In this document: positions 10,306-23,421 of the stretch, piece after piece
Numbering within the stretch: position 1 is the first letter of the stretch
Layout of the letters: every line of letters starts with the position of its first letter
NCBI RefSeq assembly: GCF_000315625.1
Contig: NW_005434451.1
Span: 757 to 64,756 of the forward strand
Origin: Guillardia theta CCMP2712
Taxonomy: Eukaryota > Protista > Cryptophyta
Length of the DNA stretch: 64,000 nucleotides
Direction: 5' to 3'
Made by a program: the position numbers and the translations under genes
The notes under the pieces: generated by a model
What the model was told of the DNA's origin: nothing
The model's database searches: none
What the model saw: only the letters and a program-made list of their open reading frames with translations

Positions 10306-11467
10306 ACGCGGATACATAACGCGAAAATTTAATTGAGATTGTGCTATATGTACATCTAAGAACATGAAGTGAATTTAACACTTTCAATCATCACAAATTT
10401 CAGTAAAATTGCTTTGCTACTAGATAGTTGTCTATGTAAGAGCGTCTGCCAACTTCCAACTTGCAATTTGTCAATGGAATTCAGCCTAAGCTCTTTTCAG
10501 CTCCTCTGCCAGGCTATCTCTTCGTCGCCCCCCTTCCCCCTCGTTCCCCTCTACCTCTTCGCCTGCCTCTACATCCTCGTCTCACCTCCTTCCCATTTTA
10601 GCCCTTCTCCCTTCCCTCCTCCTCCCTCTCCCCTCCAGGTCTCTCTGTTCCCAGCTCATAGTCATGTGATTTTCCACTCCAACTCTCCTTCCCTTAATTC
10701 CACGCCCCTATCCCATGCTACCCCATCATCCTCCGCTAACCTCATGCTGCCCCATCCTGCTTCCTCTCTCTCACTGTTTTCCTGGCTCACTCGCCATCTA
10801 CATGCGCTCTTGCTCAGAGTCGCGGCCTTTCTCTCCTTTCCTCTCAGTGAGTCAGTAAAGGCTGTTCCTCATACAGCACCAGCCACTACCCCCCTGCCGA
10901 AGAAAAAAGTATCCCAGGTGGTGGGGGGGGGTAGCTGCAGAGGGCGGGAGCGCATGCATTAATTAGAGGAATGGATCAAGGCGGGAAGAGGGGAGGGGAA
11001 ATGAGAGAGAAGGGAGGCGGACGAGGTGGATGACGACACATGAGTGTATGAGGGAGGCATAGACGTTGCAGGCGTTCAGAGTTCTCACTGGTAGAAGGAA
11101 AGAGATCAGGAATGTTGGGAAGCAAGAATCAAAGGCCCTGTTCTAAATGCGAGACAAAGGGCTAGGATCACATATGTTGTTGTGTCGTTGAATACTTGTC
11201 TGGCTAGTTGTCTTCTCATCCTTACGTGATAAAGTTTTCACAAACCTCAAATGAGCAGGCAGGCTGAAAGGATTGACCAATATGTCGAGAAGTGAAACAA
11301 AGGATTAGTTTAAGCGAGAAGATGGAAAAAGCACTTATGCCCTCATCTTGATAAGGAGACTATTGTATTTGTGTAGGATGTTTCAGACCATGTTGTATTT
11401 ATGTATGTTGTTTCAGATCCAGCGGTATTCTTGTGTGTGATCTATGATTTTGCATCAGCAGGTTTCC

Positions 11468-14400
11468 ATGGACGCTTCTTGGAGCACGCCTGCATCGTCA
11501 GGAATCCGCGTTCCGCGTGCAGACGCGTCAATGTCAGTGGATTTGGGCACGCCGTATCATAGCTGGCGCGAGGGACAGGAAGCAGATTTGACGTACAGGA
11601 TCATGAGCAAATCTCCCGCATATTCCCCGTTTCACACCAAAGACAATGTGACCGGTATGGAGGAGGATAAAGAGCATCAGGAAGTAGGGGATCAGGCGGC
11701 AGATTACTTGGAGGAGGATTGGATGCATCCAGTCGCGGACCTGTACAAGTCCACCGCACGAGATCTTGATGCTACCGAGAATCCTTTGCAGGTTGCCCAG
11801 CCATTGTCAGAGTTTGTCATGCAGGCGCTCGACTTCCACCTGGCGCAGATGGAGGGCAAAGACTCCTTGTATTCAGCCATCGGTCGCCTGTTTCTGCTTC
11901 TCCACTTCCTCTTCTATGACACGGCAGGATCGTCCTACCTATGGCCACTTTCGCCTCTGAGAAATGTGCAAACGAAGGCAGCGGGGTTTTCCGAACTTGA
12001 GTCAATGCTTTACCCACCATCGTCAATGATCATCGCAGGTGCGTCAGGAAAAGGATTGAGGAGTTGAGGGTCTTATGAAGAGACATTTGTCGTGACTCTG
12101 CTTTTGGTCAGATGACGACAGTTTCGATCCTGCTCTCTGCCACCTCCGGAGGATTTTGTTCTGGCTCGAAAGCGACTGTGTTGGGATCAAAGAGCTAGAG
12201 GAGCAGCTGGATCAGTGGTTTCGTGGGATCAGCGGCATGCGGTCGGACTCAAAGAAGCTTGAGTTCTCAGAAGAGCTTCTCACCCTTCAGGGCTGCTCCT
12301 CTCAATCGGCGCTAATCAGCATGACGTCCATGAGTGAGAATGTTGCGAGACCACCTGGCCATGACTGAGCTTCTTCTTAGTATTCTGGCACATACGGCGG
12401 GGCGAGCTTGTGATGGCACAGGAGAGATGTCGGAAATGCTCCGGCACCACCGACGCGTACAAGGAGGCAAGTTTGTGAAGTTTGTGCCTGGGCCTTTTGT
12501 CCGAAAAATGATCGCGATTATTCAGGGAGGAAAGTTATGGTGGAAGGCTGCGATGCTCGAGCCATCGGTTTTTTACTTTGAGCCGTCCCAGGTTTACTTT
12601 CTCGCTTTGTTTGGCCGACCTCATTGATGCCAATAGATGGCATGTATGCGAAACTCAAAATATGCCGAATGGCATCAAATCAAATCGTTGGATGACTGCG
12701 AAGAGGGATCCATTCAGGTCATAATTCTTGCTTTTTGTTACCTTCCTGTATGTTGTTTCTTCATCTTCGCATAAATTTCCAAATTCATGTTTGCCTCCCT
12801 TTGCTGTTCGGATGACTTGGTCGCAGAGTCTCCAGAACGCTTCACAATTTGGCAACGAAAAGATTTCGCCGCAAGCATGGAAACGCTTCAGGAGTGTGTG
12901 CCAATCCAAATATCGATCGCTTGCTGTACAAGAGCAACAGGTAAAGAAACAGCAGAACCTTGATGTTTGTTGTTCATCCTTGTCGTTGCTTGCAGATACG
13001 AAGGTCCAAGGACAAGTCGGAATTCATGCTGCATGCGCACGATCGAGCAATCTTTGCTGTAATGGCTGGAGTTTGGCCTGGGCTGCAGACAGACTTACAT
13101 GACGGTATGGGAGGGAGAGAGAGAGATGACATGAGACAAGAGCTACGAGAAGCCAAGGTGCTTTCAGCAACCTCCCTGCACGGCCAAGCCCTAATCAAAA
13201 CGACAGATCCTAAGCCGATGGGAGGATGAGCTGTGGTTTGACTTGCGAAGAATATTTGTTGAACAGGTCAAGAATTCGATCGATTGCTAACGAATTGAAT
13301 GACGGGGACTCACTGCAGACAAGGAAGCTGCTGGAAGAAGATCACAGTGAGTCGATCATGCGGCAGGTCTAGTGGCTCTAGATGTTTGTGCATCATCTTA
13401 CTCTCAAGGCAGATAAGCGATGCGGTCAGGCAGGCGGGCAATGTGTCGCAAGAGTACGACGAGTTTGTTTCGCGGACGAGAGAAGGGGACAAACGACATA
13501 AGCTGGTCAACACAATCGCTGAGATTCAAAGACAAGTCATCGCCCTCGATCTTCACGGTCTCTTTGCCGAGCTCGACAAGTTGACAGCGTTGGAATCTCT
13601 GGAGCGGCGATCACAGGAAGGCACGTCAAGCTCGCAGATGACAAGCTTGGCTGCTCATCTCGCCGTCTACTTCAAGACAATGCTCTTCATCCAAGGAGGG
13701 CAAACCTTGTCGTCCAAGGGCGCAGATCCTGAGAAAGCCTCATGGCATGCGGAGCTTGTTGATGTTCTACGAAAGATCGACCTGGTTGGTGGATTTTGAT
13801 TTGGCTTCATCTGCATGTTCTTAGGTTTTATGGTCTAATGTTGTCTGCTCAACAGATATTGGAGCGGCACGTGGAAATGCTCATTGCTTGTCAAAGCTGG
13901 CAAGAAGTACCTTTGATTCTTTCCGTCACGCTAAACCATCTGGTAAGAGGAGAATAACAAGAGATGGCTTGCTGAGACGCCTCGCAGGTGTTCCCATGCC
14001 GTGCTAGGCCATTTGCAGAAGCATTCAATCGGGTGGTCCAACAAATGGCGCAAGAGAATGAAGCCAGAGTTGAGCGCCTGAGCATTCTGGTAGACTTGCT
14101 CGACTCTCTGTAATACTCTTATTACTTTGTCAGTTTTTGACCTCAGTAGAACAAAACGTCTCAGATTCTTCGGTGACAGATGCTGCCACTGTTGACGTTG
14201 GAAAATTGATTCGATTTAACAGTCAAGAAGAGATCTAATCAAGCAGATGGAGTTTTGGTTGGGGAGCGAAAGACTGAAGAAGACTGGAGAGGTGACTTTC
14301 TTGTGCTGGCTGTCTTGTGCTCTGAACTATCCAATATGTCTCGTCTACCTGTTTTTTTCCTTGTACTCCGAGGTTGAGTGTTTGCTCCTAGGAAGTAGCC

Positions 14401-16200
14401 GGCCAACTTGAAACTGGTTTGGGCCTCGACGTTGGTGAGAGGCTGAAAGAGATCTTTCTGCACACAAAGCAAAGTTTCCAAGCGATACACAAGGTGCTGT
14501 CGTGGCAGCTCGGGAAGTTTTCTGAACATGGTGGGACATGCCAGGCGCACGCATTCTTGTTGTCCTACTTTGCCGCAGAGAAGGAGATTGAAGGTTTCGA
14601 GGTAGTGCCGACTCGACTGCTGGGCCCTAATACCCACCTGCCAGGTTCGTCTATTGTCGTCAAGCTGATCGAGCTTGTGGCACCGAGAGAGACTGGGGAC
14701 GCCACTGACGTGACAGAAGAGCTTGAAGTGATCACGCCTGACAATCGATGCAGTATGGACACTTCGGATCTCAAGAGTTTGAAAACTGCAAAGCACAGGC
14801 AATTCGAGGGCTTGTTTTGTGTGGCGTGACCGTTTTGTCAGCTTGTTTCCAACTTCAATCTCCTTGCCGACTACGAGGAAAAAGTTCTCAAGGAAGCCTT
14901 TGCGGAGAAGGAGGCAGGAGATAGTTTGCTCTTCGAGTACGAGAGAGAGCGGTCAAGGAGGACGCAACATGCCTTCTACGTGTATGTGCTCCCGAGCTTT
15001 TCGATTCTATTGAGCTTGTTTGCTGCAGTGAAGAGCTGGGAAGGGAAGTGGCCGCCTGCCTCCCGCGAGGATCCAGTGACTAACCTCTTTCTCCCCGAGC
15101 ACCTCTGATGCACGCGTGGACAGATCTTGACGTGAGCATCGCACATTCAAGCTTCTCAGCGCGACAGACACAAGTGGCGAGTCACTCGCCTCTCGTAAGA
15201 GCAGCCGGCTTGTACTCGAGCTCCTTCCGAAAGGTCTCGATGCGCAAGAGCGAGTGGCGTGGGAGTGACGTGGAAGAAGTTGCATGAGGTGCTGTCAAGG
15301 GTGAAGGAGCAATCCAAAGACATCAGTACCCTGTTTTTCTACGTCAAGCAGGTGCCTCCTCCTCCTCCTGCCTCCCCTCCCCCCCGTCTCCCCCTCCTAC
15401 TGTCTTGTCCTCCCCTCCCTCAAAGGCAAATGACTTTTGAGTAGCTCGCGCGGCTTTGCGTTTGGAGTGCGCTGTCAGACATCTTTGATCAAGAGATCGG
15501 GAGGTGACATGGATCAACGACAGTGAGGCCTCTGACTCGCTCGCAGCTTGCGCTTGTGGGAGTCGAGTCGTGATCGCTTATCACATGTATGAGGAGGACA
15601 CGCCTGAGGGCGAACGTGGGGGGAAGAGGAAGAAAGCAGGGAGGGAGAGGGGGAAGTAGACTAATGATGATGTTGAACAGCGAGAGGTGGAGCGGCTCGA
15701 TTCGTATGCCTTCGTTCATATGTACAGGTGGAGTTACATGCATGTCAAGCGAATTCTCAAGATCATCTCGCAGGATTCTTGTTGTGTTGCACTTGCGCCC
15801 TGTGTGGACCCAACTGGACGCAATCACGACCAGCGACGAGAAGGTGTGTCTTGTGTGTGGTTGAATCTCATCGGACTTCACCATTGTCATCTATTCTCAC
15901 CATGTCTTCTTCGACCGCATTCTCATGGCTTGTCGTCCTCAGGCGCTGCCTACTTTCAACGAAGTCTTGCAGCCTTTGGTCAACAAGTAGCTGCTCTCGC
16001 TTGCCTTGTCTTGCCGCTCTTAACACCGCAGCAGGTTGATCGGGTATCAAGTGAATGACGAAGGTCTCATCGTCAGCCCGTGGTGAGTCCAACACGAGAG
16101 CCTCTCGCTATGACGGGCCGGCAGGTCAAGCTCCTACGTCAAGATCTGCGGCCTTCTCAGCCAAGTTCGGCGACAGAACGGCCTTGACGATTCAAGGTAG
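11468..16200 (+). CDS. NUP107: Divergent nucleoporin Nup107/Nup84-family protein (many exons)
   Basis: Collinear motifs LRRILFWLE, GGKLWWKAAMLE, AWKRFRSVC, HDRAIFAVMAG, EIQRQVIALDLHGLF, LAAHLAVYFKTM and ILERHVEMLI resemble Nup107 motifs as I recall them (VVDWLE, GQAWRAATLE, YERAIYAALSG, IVQKFLILGDIDGLM, FMTHLILFFRTL, VLKTYIQLLI). Confidence 0.65.
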
Positions 16201-16349
16201 GAGAAGTAGAAGAGCATTGTCTTGAAGTCCCGCTTTCCAGTCTCTCACTCTCATCAGATGGAATGCCCTCTGCCTGGGGTTGGCAAATGTCATCGCATCC
16301 GAAACTACCGAAGTTTACAAGTGAGAACCCGACTGTGCTTGTCAGGGTC

Positions 16350-16440
16350 TTGCCTTTCCTTGCCTTGCCTTGCCTTGCCTTGCCTTTCCTTGCCTTGCCT
16401 TGCCTTGCCTTGCCTTGCCTTGCCTTGCCTTGCCTTGCCC
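16350..16440. repeat. (CCTTG)n pentanucleotide microsatellite
   Basis: Read directly. Confidence 0.95.
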
Positions 16441-16864
16441 TTTTTGTCTTGTTCTAGCATTTCTGGTAGTTGTGTTCTATGTCCTTTCATTTGGTTGTGC
16501 TTTGCTCATGTTCTCTTGTGTTTTTGTGCCTTGTCATGTTTTTGTCTTTGTGTTGCTTGTATTCGCCCTGCTCGTCTGTTCGCCTCATCTGATTGCGACG
16601 GCAGGGACTTGGCAGATGGCTGTCTCGATGCTCTTCTGCGAAACGACTGGGCGCTGGCGTCCCTCAATCTCTGGTGTAGCAACGAATGAAGGCAGTCTGA
16701 GACGTCTATCTGAATACATCCCGCCGCTGAATCTCCCTTGGTGCTTGATTTGAGCAGAGCTGATTGCTAGTTTATCGTTCATCTTCAATGTCAGTCCCTT
16801 GATTGTCAGCACGATTGCTCTCAGGATTTGTGCACTTCTCAGCTTCTTACTCATTCTCAGATAC

Positions 16865-19800
16865 TTACTCATTCTCAGCCTCTTCCTCATTCTCAGCTTC
16901 TTCCTCATCCTCGGCTTCTTCCTTCTTCTCAGCTTCTTCCTCATTCTCAGCTTCTTCCTCATTCTCAGCTGCTGTGATATTATCACCATCCTCTTCATGT
17001 TCAGCTTCTTCGTTATCAGCCTCCCCTCCAAGGATTCTGCCGTCGACTGCGTGTCTGTCGTCTGCTGACTCTTTCTCTGTTGTCTCCTCCTGCTCACTTG
17101 CTTGGGCAGCGTCTGTGAGCACTTTCAGCGTTCGAGCAGAGAGTTCGTGGGAGGGACCGGAGGGTTTACTGGGATCGGCAGGCTGTTTCTCTTTGCCTTT
17201 CTTCATCTCCTTGAGCGCTTGTAGTCCCTTGGCACTTGTCAGGGTCCCCTCAAGGGTTCTTGTACCTCTACCTCTTTAAACCGCTTCGCTTGTGCTCGAC
17301 TTGTTCTCCGAATCTCATGCCAACTCACACGAGCAGCAACGACTTCTTCATCACCTTGCTCTTCACCTTGGTCGGTTTCTCCACCACCGGGTAAATGATG
17401 TTCTGCGTGTATAAGTCAAGGGCATGCTCGAAGTCAGCTGTGCTTTCCTTGATGTTCAGATCCCTCGCCCACTGGGTAGGCGTCAGGTTTGCGTCATCTG
17501 CTCGAAGTGTCAGGGGTCGAAGGTCAGGCAAGCGTCACCTCGAAGGTTCTTCTTGGCTTGGTGGTTGACCAAAGAGATCACTACCTCCTCGTGCCCTCCT
17601 CGCGCGTCAGACGGACAAGATAGTCAACTGCCTTCACCTTTCTTGGCGGCCCAATGCAAGGGAGTCTCATTCATCGATCCTTGCTGTGCCAACATGAGCC
17701 CTCACTCCCTCCCTCCCTCCCTCCCTCCCTCCCTCCCTNNNNNNNNNNNNNNNNNNNNNNNNNNNNNNNNNNNNNNNNNNNNNNNNNNNNNNNNNNNNNN
17801 NNNNNNNNNNNNNNNNNNNNNNNNNNNNNNNNNNNNNNCCTCCCTCCCTCCCTCCCTCCCTCCCTCCCTCCCTCCCTCCCTCCCTCCCTCCCTCCCTCCC
17901 TCCCTCCCTCCCTCCCTCCCTCACTTTCTCATTCCCTCGCCTCGCCTGTACCTTGTTGATGTCGCATGAGCAGTTTATGAGCTCTTCCACCACGGCGACG
18001 TGACCTGCCAGTCGCGTCGTGAGGGCGCTCTGCGTTCTCTGCTTGACTACCTCGCTTGGCTGCAAGGAGCAGCGGCGTGTCACCGTAGTTGTCGACCGCG
18101 TCCAGGTTAACTTTCCTGGCGCTGAGGGCTCGAACCACTTGAGCCTTCAACAACGTCACTTGCCCCGCCAGTCTGTCGCTGCTTCACCTCTCCTTCCATC
18201 GCCGCCATGTGCAAGGCCGTACGGCCGTCAAAATCTCGAACCCTCACCTGCCGTGTCTTTAAGACAAGCGACAAGCCACCTTCTGCTCCCTCGCCTTCGC
18301 CGAATTCTCCAGCAGCAGCAGCGCGATCTCGATCTCGTGCTTGTGTATCGCCCACATGAGGGGGGTCCAACTACCAGCGAGGCTGAGCAGAGCAGACGAA
18401 AGAGTCGCATCACCCCATGTCATCGACCGCGTTGATGTCGCGCTTCGACTCGCTGACGCCCGCGAGGATGGAGGAAATCTGCGAGCTCTTAGATCCCCTC
18501 CCTCGCTTCCGCTCACTCGCCCGCCCCAGGTCTCCTCGAGCTGCCAGCGTGTGAATCAAATCGTGCCTGCCATATCAAGGTCACCCAAATTTATCCCATT
18601 CTATCTCCTCCCTCGCCTACAAAACTACAAACCACCACCTCTACCTTCACCTCTGCCTCTACCTTTACCTCTACCTCTACCTTCACCTCGACCTCGACCT
18701 CGACCTCTGCCTCGACCTCGACCTCGGCCTCGACCTCTACTTCCAACTCCTTTTCTCTTCCTCTTCCTCTTCCTCTTCTCTCTCGCAATCATTATCATCA
18801 TCATCATCACAACCACAACCACTATCTCCATCATTGCCATGTTCATACCGGAAAGCATCAAACTGTTCTGTGCGGGGCTCCACCGTCCGGCTACCTCCCT
18901 GGGAAACTTCACAACGAGAGGAGGTAGAGGAACGGTATCACAGCAGTCTTGTCAAGCATTTCCGCACTCATGTTAGAGAGGAATTTCGTCCAATCTTCTT
19001 CGTCTGCAAGCATCCAACATCAATCACCTAACATCATCAACTCATACATCACTCGCTCTTGAGTTTTCAAAGGCAATCTGGCGTTCACGTTCTTTTTCTT
19101 CTTTCTGTAAGCAGAGGCTTACTGGCTGTGAGGTGAGCAACTGAGATCGCTCACTTCTTGCAGTCTCTTCTTCTGCTTCTCGCTCAATCCATCAGTCGTC
19201 GAGGAGATCTGTGCTTCTGCTGCAGCTGCCTGATGCTTCTGTTGCGTCTCTGCTTTCTTCTTTCCTGGCTTTGCTGCCGGATGCTGTAGAGCAAGTGAGC
19301 GAGGCGGGTCGCTGAGCATGCACACCTTGAGCTTGTCGTTGGGCGGTGAAATTCCAATCAGGTCGCAGAATTCGTCGAAGTCAATCTCTCCCCCTCCATC
19401 CTCATCGGCTGCTTTCAGCAGCTGCTCCACTTCCCCGTCGTTGACGTTTCTCCCGAGGGCCTTTAGGGCTGCAAGAAGGCTGACAATCATGCGGGTCAAG
19501 TCAGAGCACAAGTCGCCAACCTTGCGACAGCTCAAAGAAGTCGATGGAGCCACTCCCATCCGTGTCGAACATATCGAAGATCCTCCGGGCCTCGGCCATC
19601 TGCTCTCACAACCCCCGTCACTCTGACGCCTCCCGAACCTCCTCCTCCTCGTCACAGGATCATCCCGCAGATCGCTGGCCATGATTTGCTTGAACTCTTC
19701 GAAGTCGATGCTGCCAGTCTTGTCTTCATCCACCTGTCCCGCCTCATCTGTCAACCCCATTCGACGAGCAAGTCCAGCACCGAGGCAATCATGTTCTGCA

Positions 19801-20536
19801 GCTGCGAGTAGCTCATGTTCTTGCCCATGCTCTCCATGATCTTGGACAGCTCCTACAAAGCAGACTAGCGTCAGACTGAGAGAAGGGCAACTGTAAACCA
19901 GACCTCGATAGTGATTTCTCCAGACTTGTCTTCGTCGAACAGGTCAAACAGTTCCCGCATCTGATCCGACGTCGCTGAATGAAACCGAGGCAAAGCAAAG
20001 AACTTACTTCTTGGTCATTAACCGACAGATTTTGCTGCCAGACAAGCTTTGATTGGCGGCGAAGCAGGAGAGCGAGCAAGCGACAGACCTGAGAAGATTT
20101 CTTCGCTTTCTTCTTCGTGCTCTTCGCATCAATTAGTCACCATTGACGCTGTCACCTCAAACAGCTACCGGAGGGCTGCGGCTAATGCCCATGAGAGTGC
20201 AGAACTCGTTGAAGTCGATCTCATCTGCTTCTCGTTCAGCTCCTCCAGCATCTCCTTCACTCCACTCACTGCTCCCGTCGTCGTCCACCTGCGCCAGCAT
20301 CTCGCGGACCTCAGCGTCGGTGAACTTGAAAAGCCCTGTCAGCCATTGACGAGGAAACACGCTGCCTCACGTTCTGTCCCATCGCCCTGAGAGCATCTTT
20401 CAGCTCCCCCGCGTCGATGCTTCCACTTCCGTCCTTGTCGAACAGATCGAACGCTCGTCGAGCCTCTGCTAGCGGGTCGAGTGGCATTTCCATGGCTTTC
20501 TGCGAGCAACTCGTGAGGTGAGATGAGAGGAAGACG

Positions 20537-20616
<80 letters not shown>

Positions 20617-20849
20617 CGAACTTGTTTCTTGACGATGTGGAGGAACTCGTCAAAGTCGATCGATCCGTCACCTGACTCATCGACCTCTGCAAACATTTCT
20701 TTCAACTTCTCCTCCTCCATCTTGATCCCCATGGAATCGAAAAGCTGCTGCAGCTCCTGCAGCTCCAACTGCCCTCCGCCATCCGCATCAAGACTGCAGA
20801 AGAGCTGATAAAGCTCGTTCCTCTCCTCGTCTCCTATCTCGGCTGCCAT
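16865..20849 (-). CDS. Protein with eight EF-hands followed by ankyrin repeats and an acidic tail (multi-exon, spans an N gap)
   Basis: EF loops [93 protein letters not shown]. Ankyrin motifs [42 protein letters not shown]. An 18-bp repeat encodes the EEEAEN tail. Confidence 0.8.
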
Positions 20850-21531
20850 CTTCAACCCAACCGCTTCCACCTGTCGTCAGCTGGCAAGATCAGCGCTCCC
20901 ACTGGTGACAACATGCACAAACTTTCATGCACCATGGAAGTGAGGTGCAAGTTTGTTGATTGTGAGCTTTGCCAACTCTTACAGTTAATTATCATCAACA
21001 ACATCGACTTCCATGCGACTATCCTCAACATCATTTTCTGTTCATATTTGTACATCCGATGATCTATGTACAGAAGCTTCGACTTCCTCCTCCTCCACTT
21101 CAACCCTCCACTACACATCCTGATCATCCTCCTTCCTTCTCCCTGCTTCTCCCTGACTCGTACTCATATTCAGCACCATATCCTCTTCACTCATTCTGCT
21201 GCTGCTCGTTCCAAAGATTCTCCTCATCATCTGATTCTTCTCCCTCCTTCGCGCCTCTCAGTCCTCATCTCCTCCTCCTTCTGACTCTACTTCTCTCATT
21301 CTCTCCTCCTCCCCTCATCCTCGTCCCTTCCTCCCCTCCCTTCCTCCCCTCCCTTCCTCCCCTCCCTTCCTCCCCTCCCTTCCTCCCTATCTGTTCTCGT
21401 ACCTCCAGGAGCGGGTAGAAACAAAATCAGGCGAGCTGCTTGTTGCCAAATCGTGATTTCGATTTGAAAATTCAAAGTTACTCTGAACATTTCAAATATG
21501 ACAGATAGAGTTTAAAGATCAGATTGACGGC

Positions 21532-23317
21532 ATGGTGAAGGAGAAGCGCAAGGCAAAGGGGAGGAGGAGGAACGAGGAAGAGGAAGAGGAAGAGGAAGAG
21601 GACGAATGGTATGAAAGAAGACGGAGACAGCGAGCAAGACGATCGAGGAAGCGATCATTGGAGGACGAGGTCGAGGACGAGGACGAGGAGAAAGGGCGGG
21701 TCAGAGGGGAGTCAAGGACCTCCGGGAAGGAAAGGGGAATTTCGCCCTCTCCCACCAGAGCGCGATGTCGGACGAGGAAGGAGTCAACCCTGCGAGCTCG
21801 TTGCGTCCTCTTCATCATCAACGCAATATCGATCGTTACCTCATCCCTGATGCTGTTTGCGGGAGCGTCGGCTGCTTCGAAAGTTCCGACGACCTCGTCG
21901 ACTGCCATTCAGCCTCCCTTTTCTGCTGTCATCGCCGTCAGCTCCATCACCCTGCTCAACTCTTTCTTCGGCTTGTCCGGTGCTTGCTGTGCCATCTCAC
22001 GGGACGGGGACTGGCGAGTGAGCTGCTGCAGCAACCGGCTCCTGATGGCCTACTATGTCATTGTCCTGCTCATGTGCTCGGGGCTATTCTATCTCATGCT
22101 CCTCTGCTTCCTCTTCGCTGCCAAAGCTGCAGACTTCATCGAGGCCTACTGGGTCTCTTGGTCGGAGCTCTTTCCGCAGGGTCAACTGAGTCAGGAGCAA
22201 GTGCACAGAGATGTGGGAAAGTACGCGAACCTTGCTGGCTCCCTCTGCCTCTTCACCATGCTGATCAACATCCTCTCCGCGCACCTCAGCGCCATAGTGA
22301 TGGGCTATCGCTACACCACCCGCAAGAGCATCATGATCATCAACCTCGTCGGCTTCGTCGTGGGTTGACCAGTAAGTGTCGACAAGTGAACGAGCTGACG
22401 GAGGTGCAGGGCTTGTCATGATTATCCTCGCCTTCTTACCTGCCACTCGAGGTGAGCACGCGATGACCTTCAAGGCCGCGCCCGTGACGACATGGTAACA
22501 GACGTCGGAGTGCAGAAGGGATGGCTGCCTGAGCTCATTGGTGGGCACGGGCTAACTGCGTGAGGGCCAAGCTGACTTGCTCTGAGCAGGCTCTATCGGG
22601 GTCATGGTGATTTTCTTTGCCATCTTCGGCTTTACTGCAGCATACTACACATGGGCAGTGAGCTTGACACGGAGAAGGAGACGGGTTGTAAGGGGGTTCA
22701 TGACAGGCTTTCTTGCTCATAAACGGGGTGTTGGAACTGTTCTTCGCTGCTCTTCTACTCTCCATGGCGATCGTTTGCTTCATAGATTCCAAACGATCAG
22801 GCAGTGTACTTGCTGGGCAGTGGTCTTTCATCCAAGAAAAGTGAGCAAGATAGTTTTACCAAGAAGCGATCTGACAGCTTGCCAGGTTGATCAATGTCTG
22901 CCCATCATGCGCTGGAGAAGTCAACCAGGAGATGAAGTTGCCATGCCACGAAAAGTTGCTTCGTACTCACGCACATGCAGGCAGAACTGCTGCAGCAAGC
23001 AGGCGTCTCTTGTCATTTGGAGAAACCTTACGGTAACTGTAACCGAAGATGTAGCCCGAAGACGCAGCTCACTGGACATGCAGGTTCTGGGCGTGAGCGC
23101 ATCAACGTGCGTGATGTTGATGTGCATGAATGGGGCAAGCAGGTAACGAATAGGACATCTTTGCACTTGTTTGACTTGATGCAGTCTCAATCTGTGGAGG
23201 ATTCTACGACGAGATCGTATGCTTGCTCTCTCGGAAGAGGAGGAAAGTTCCCTCAATCGAAACCTCCATCAACAATCCAAGAAGCTCCATGTAAACAATA
23301 GATCATCAAATGTGTAA
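21532..23317 (+). CDS. Multi-pass membrane protein resembling two tandem tetraspanin-like 4-TM units, with a charged N-terminus
   Basis: First unit: LFIINAISIV / ITLLNSFFGLSGACC / LLMAYYVIVLL / AGSLCLFTMLINIL. Second unit: IINLVGFVVG / VMVIFFAIFGFTAA / LLINGVLELFFAALLL / Cys-rich loop / VLGVSASTCVMLMC. Confidence 0.6.
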
Positions 23318-23421
23318 CATAGCTGGCCGAGTAAGATCGAAGCTTTTCATTGGTCACTTTCTGAATGAATGAATGGAATGCTGCAAAGATCTCCTTCTCG
23401 CAGCTGAGTGTCCTATCGGAC

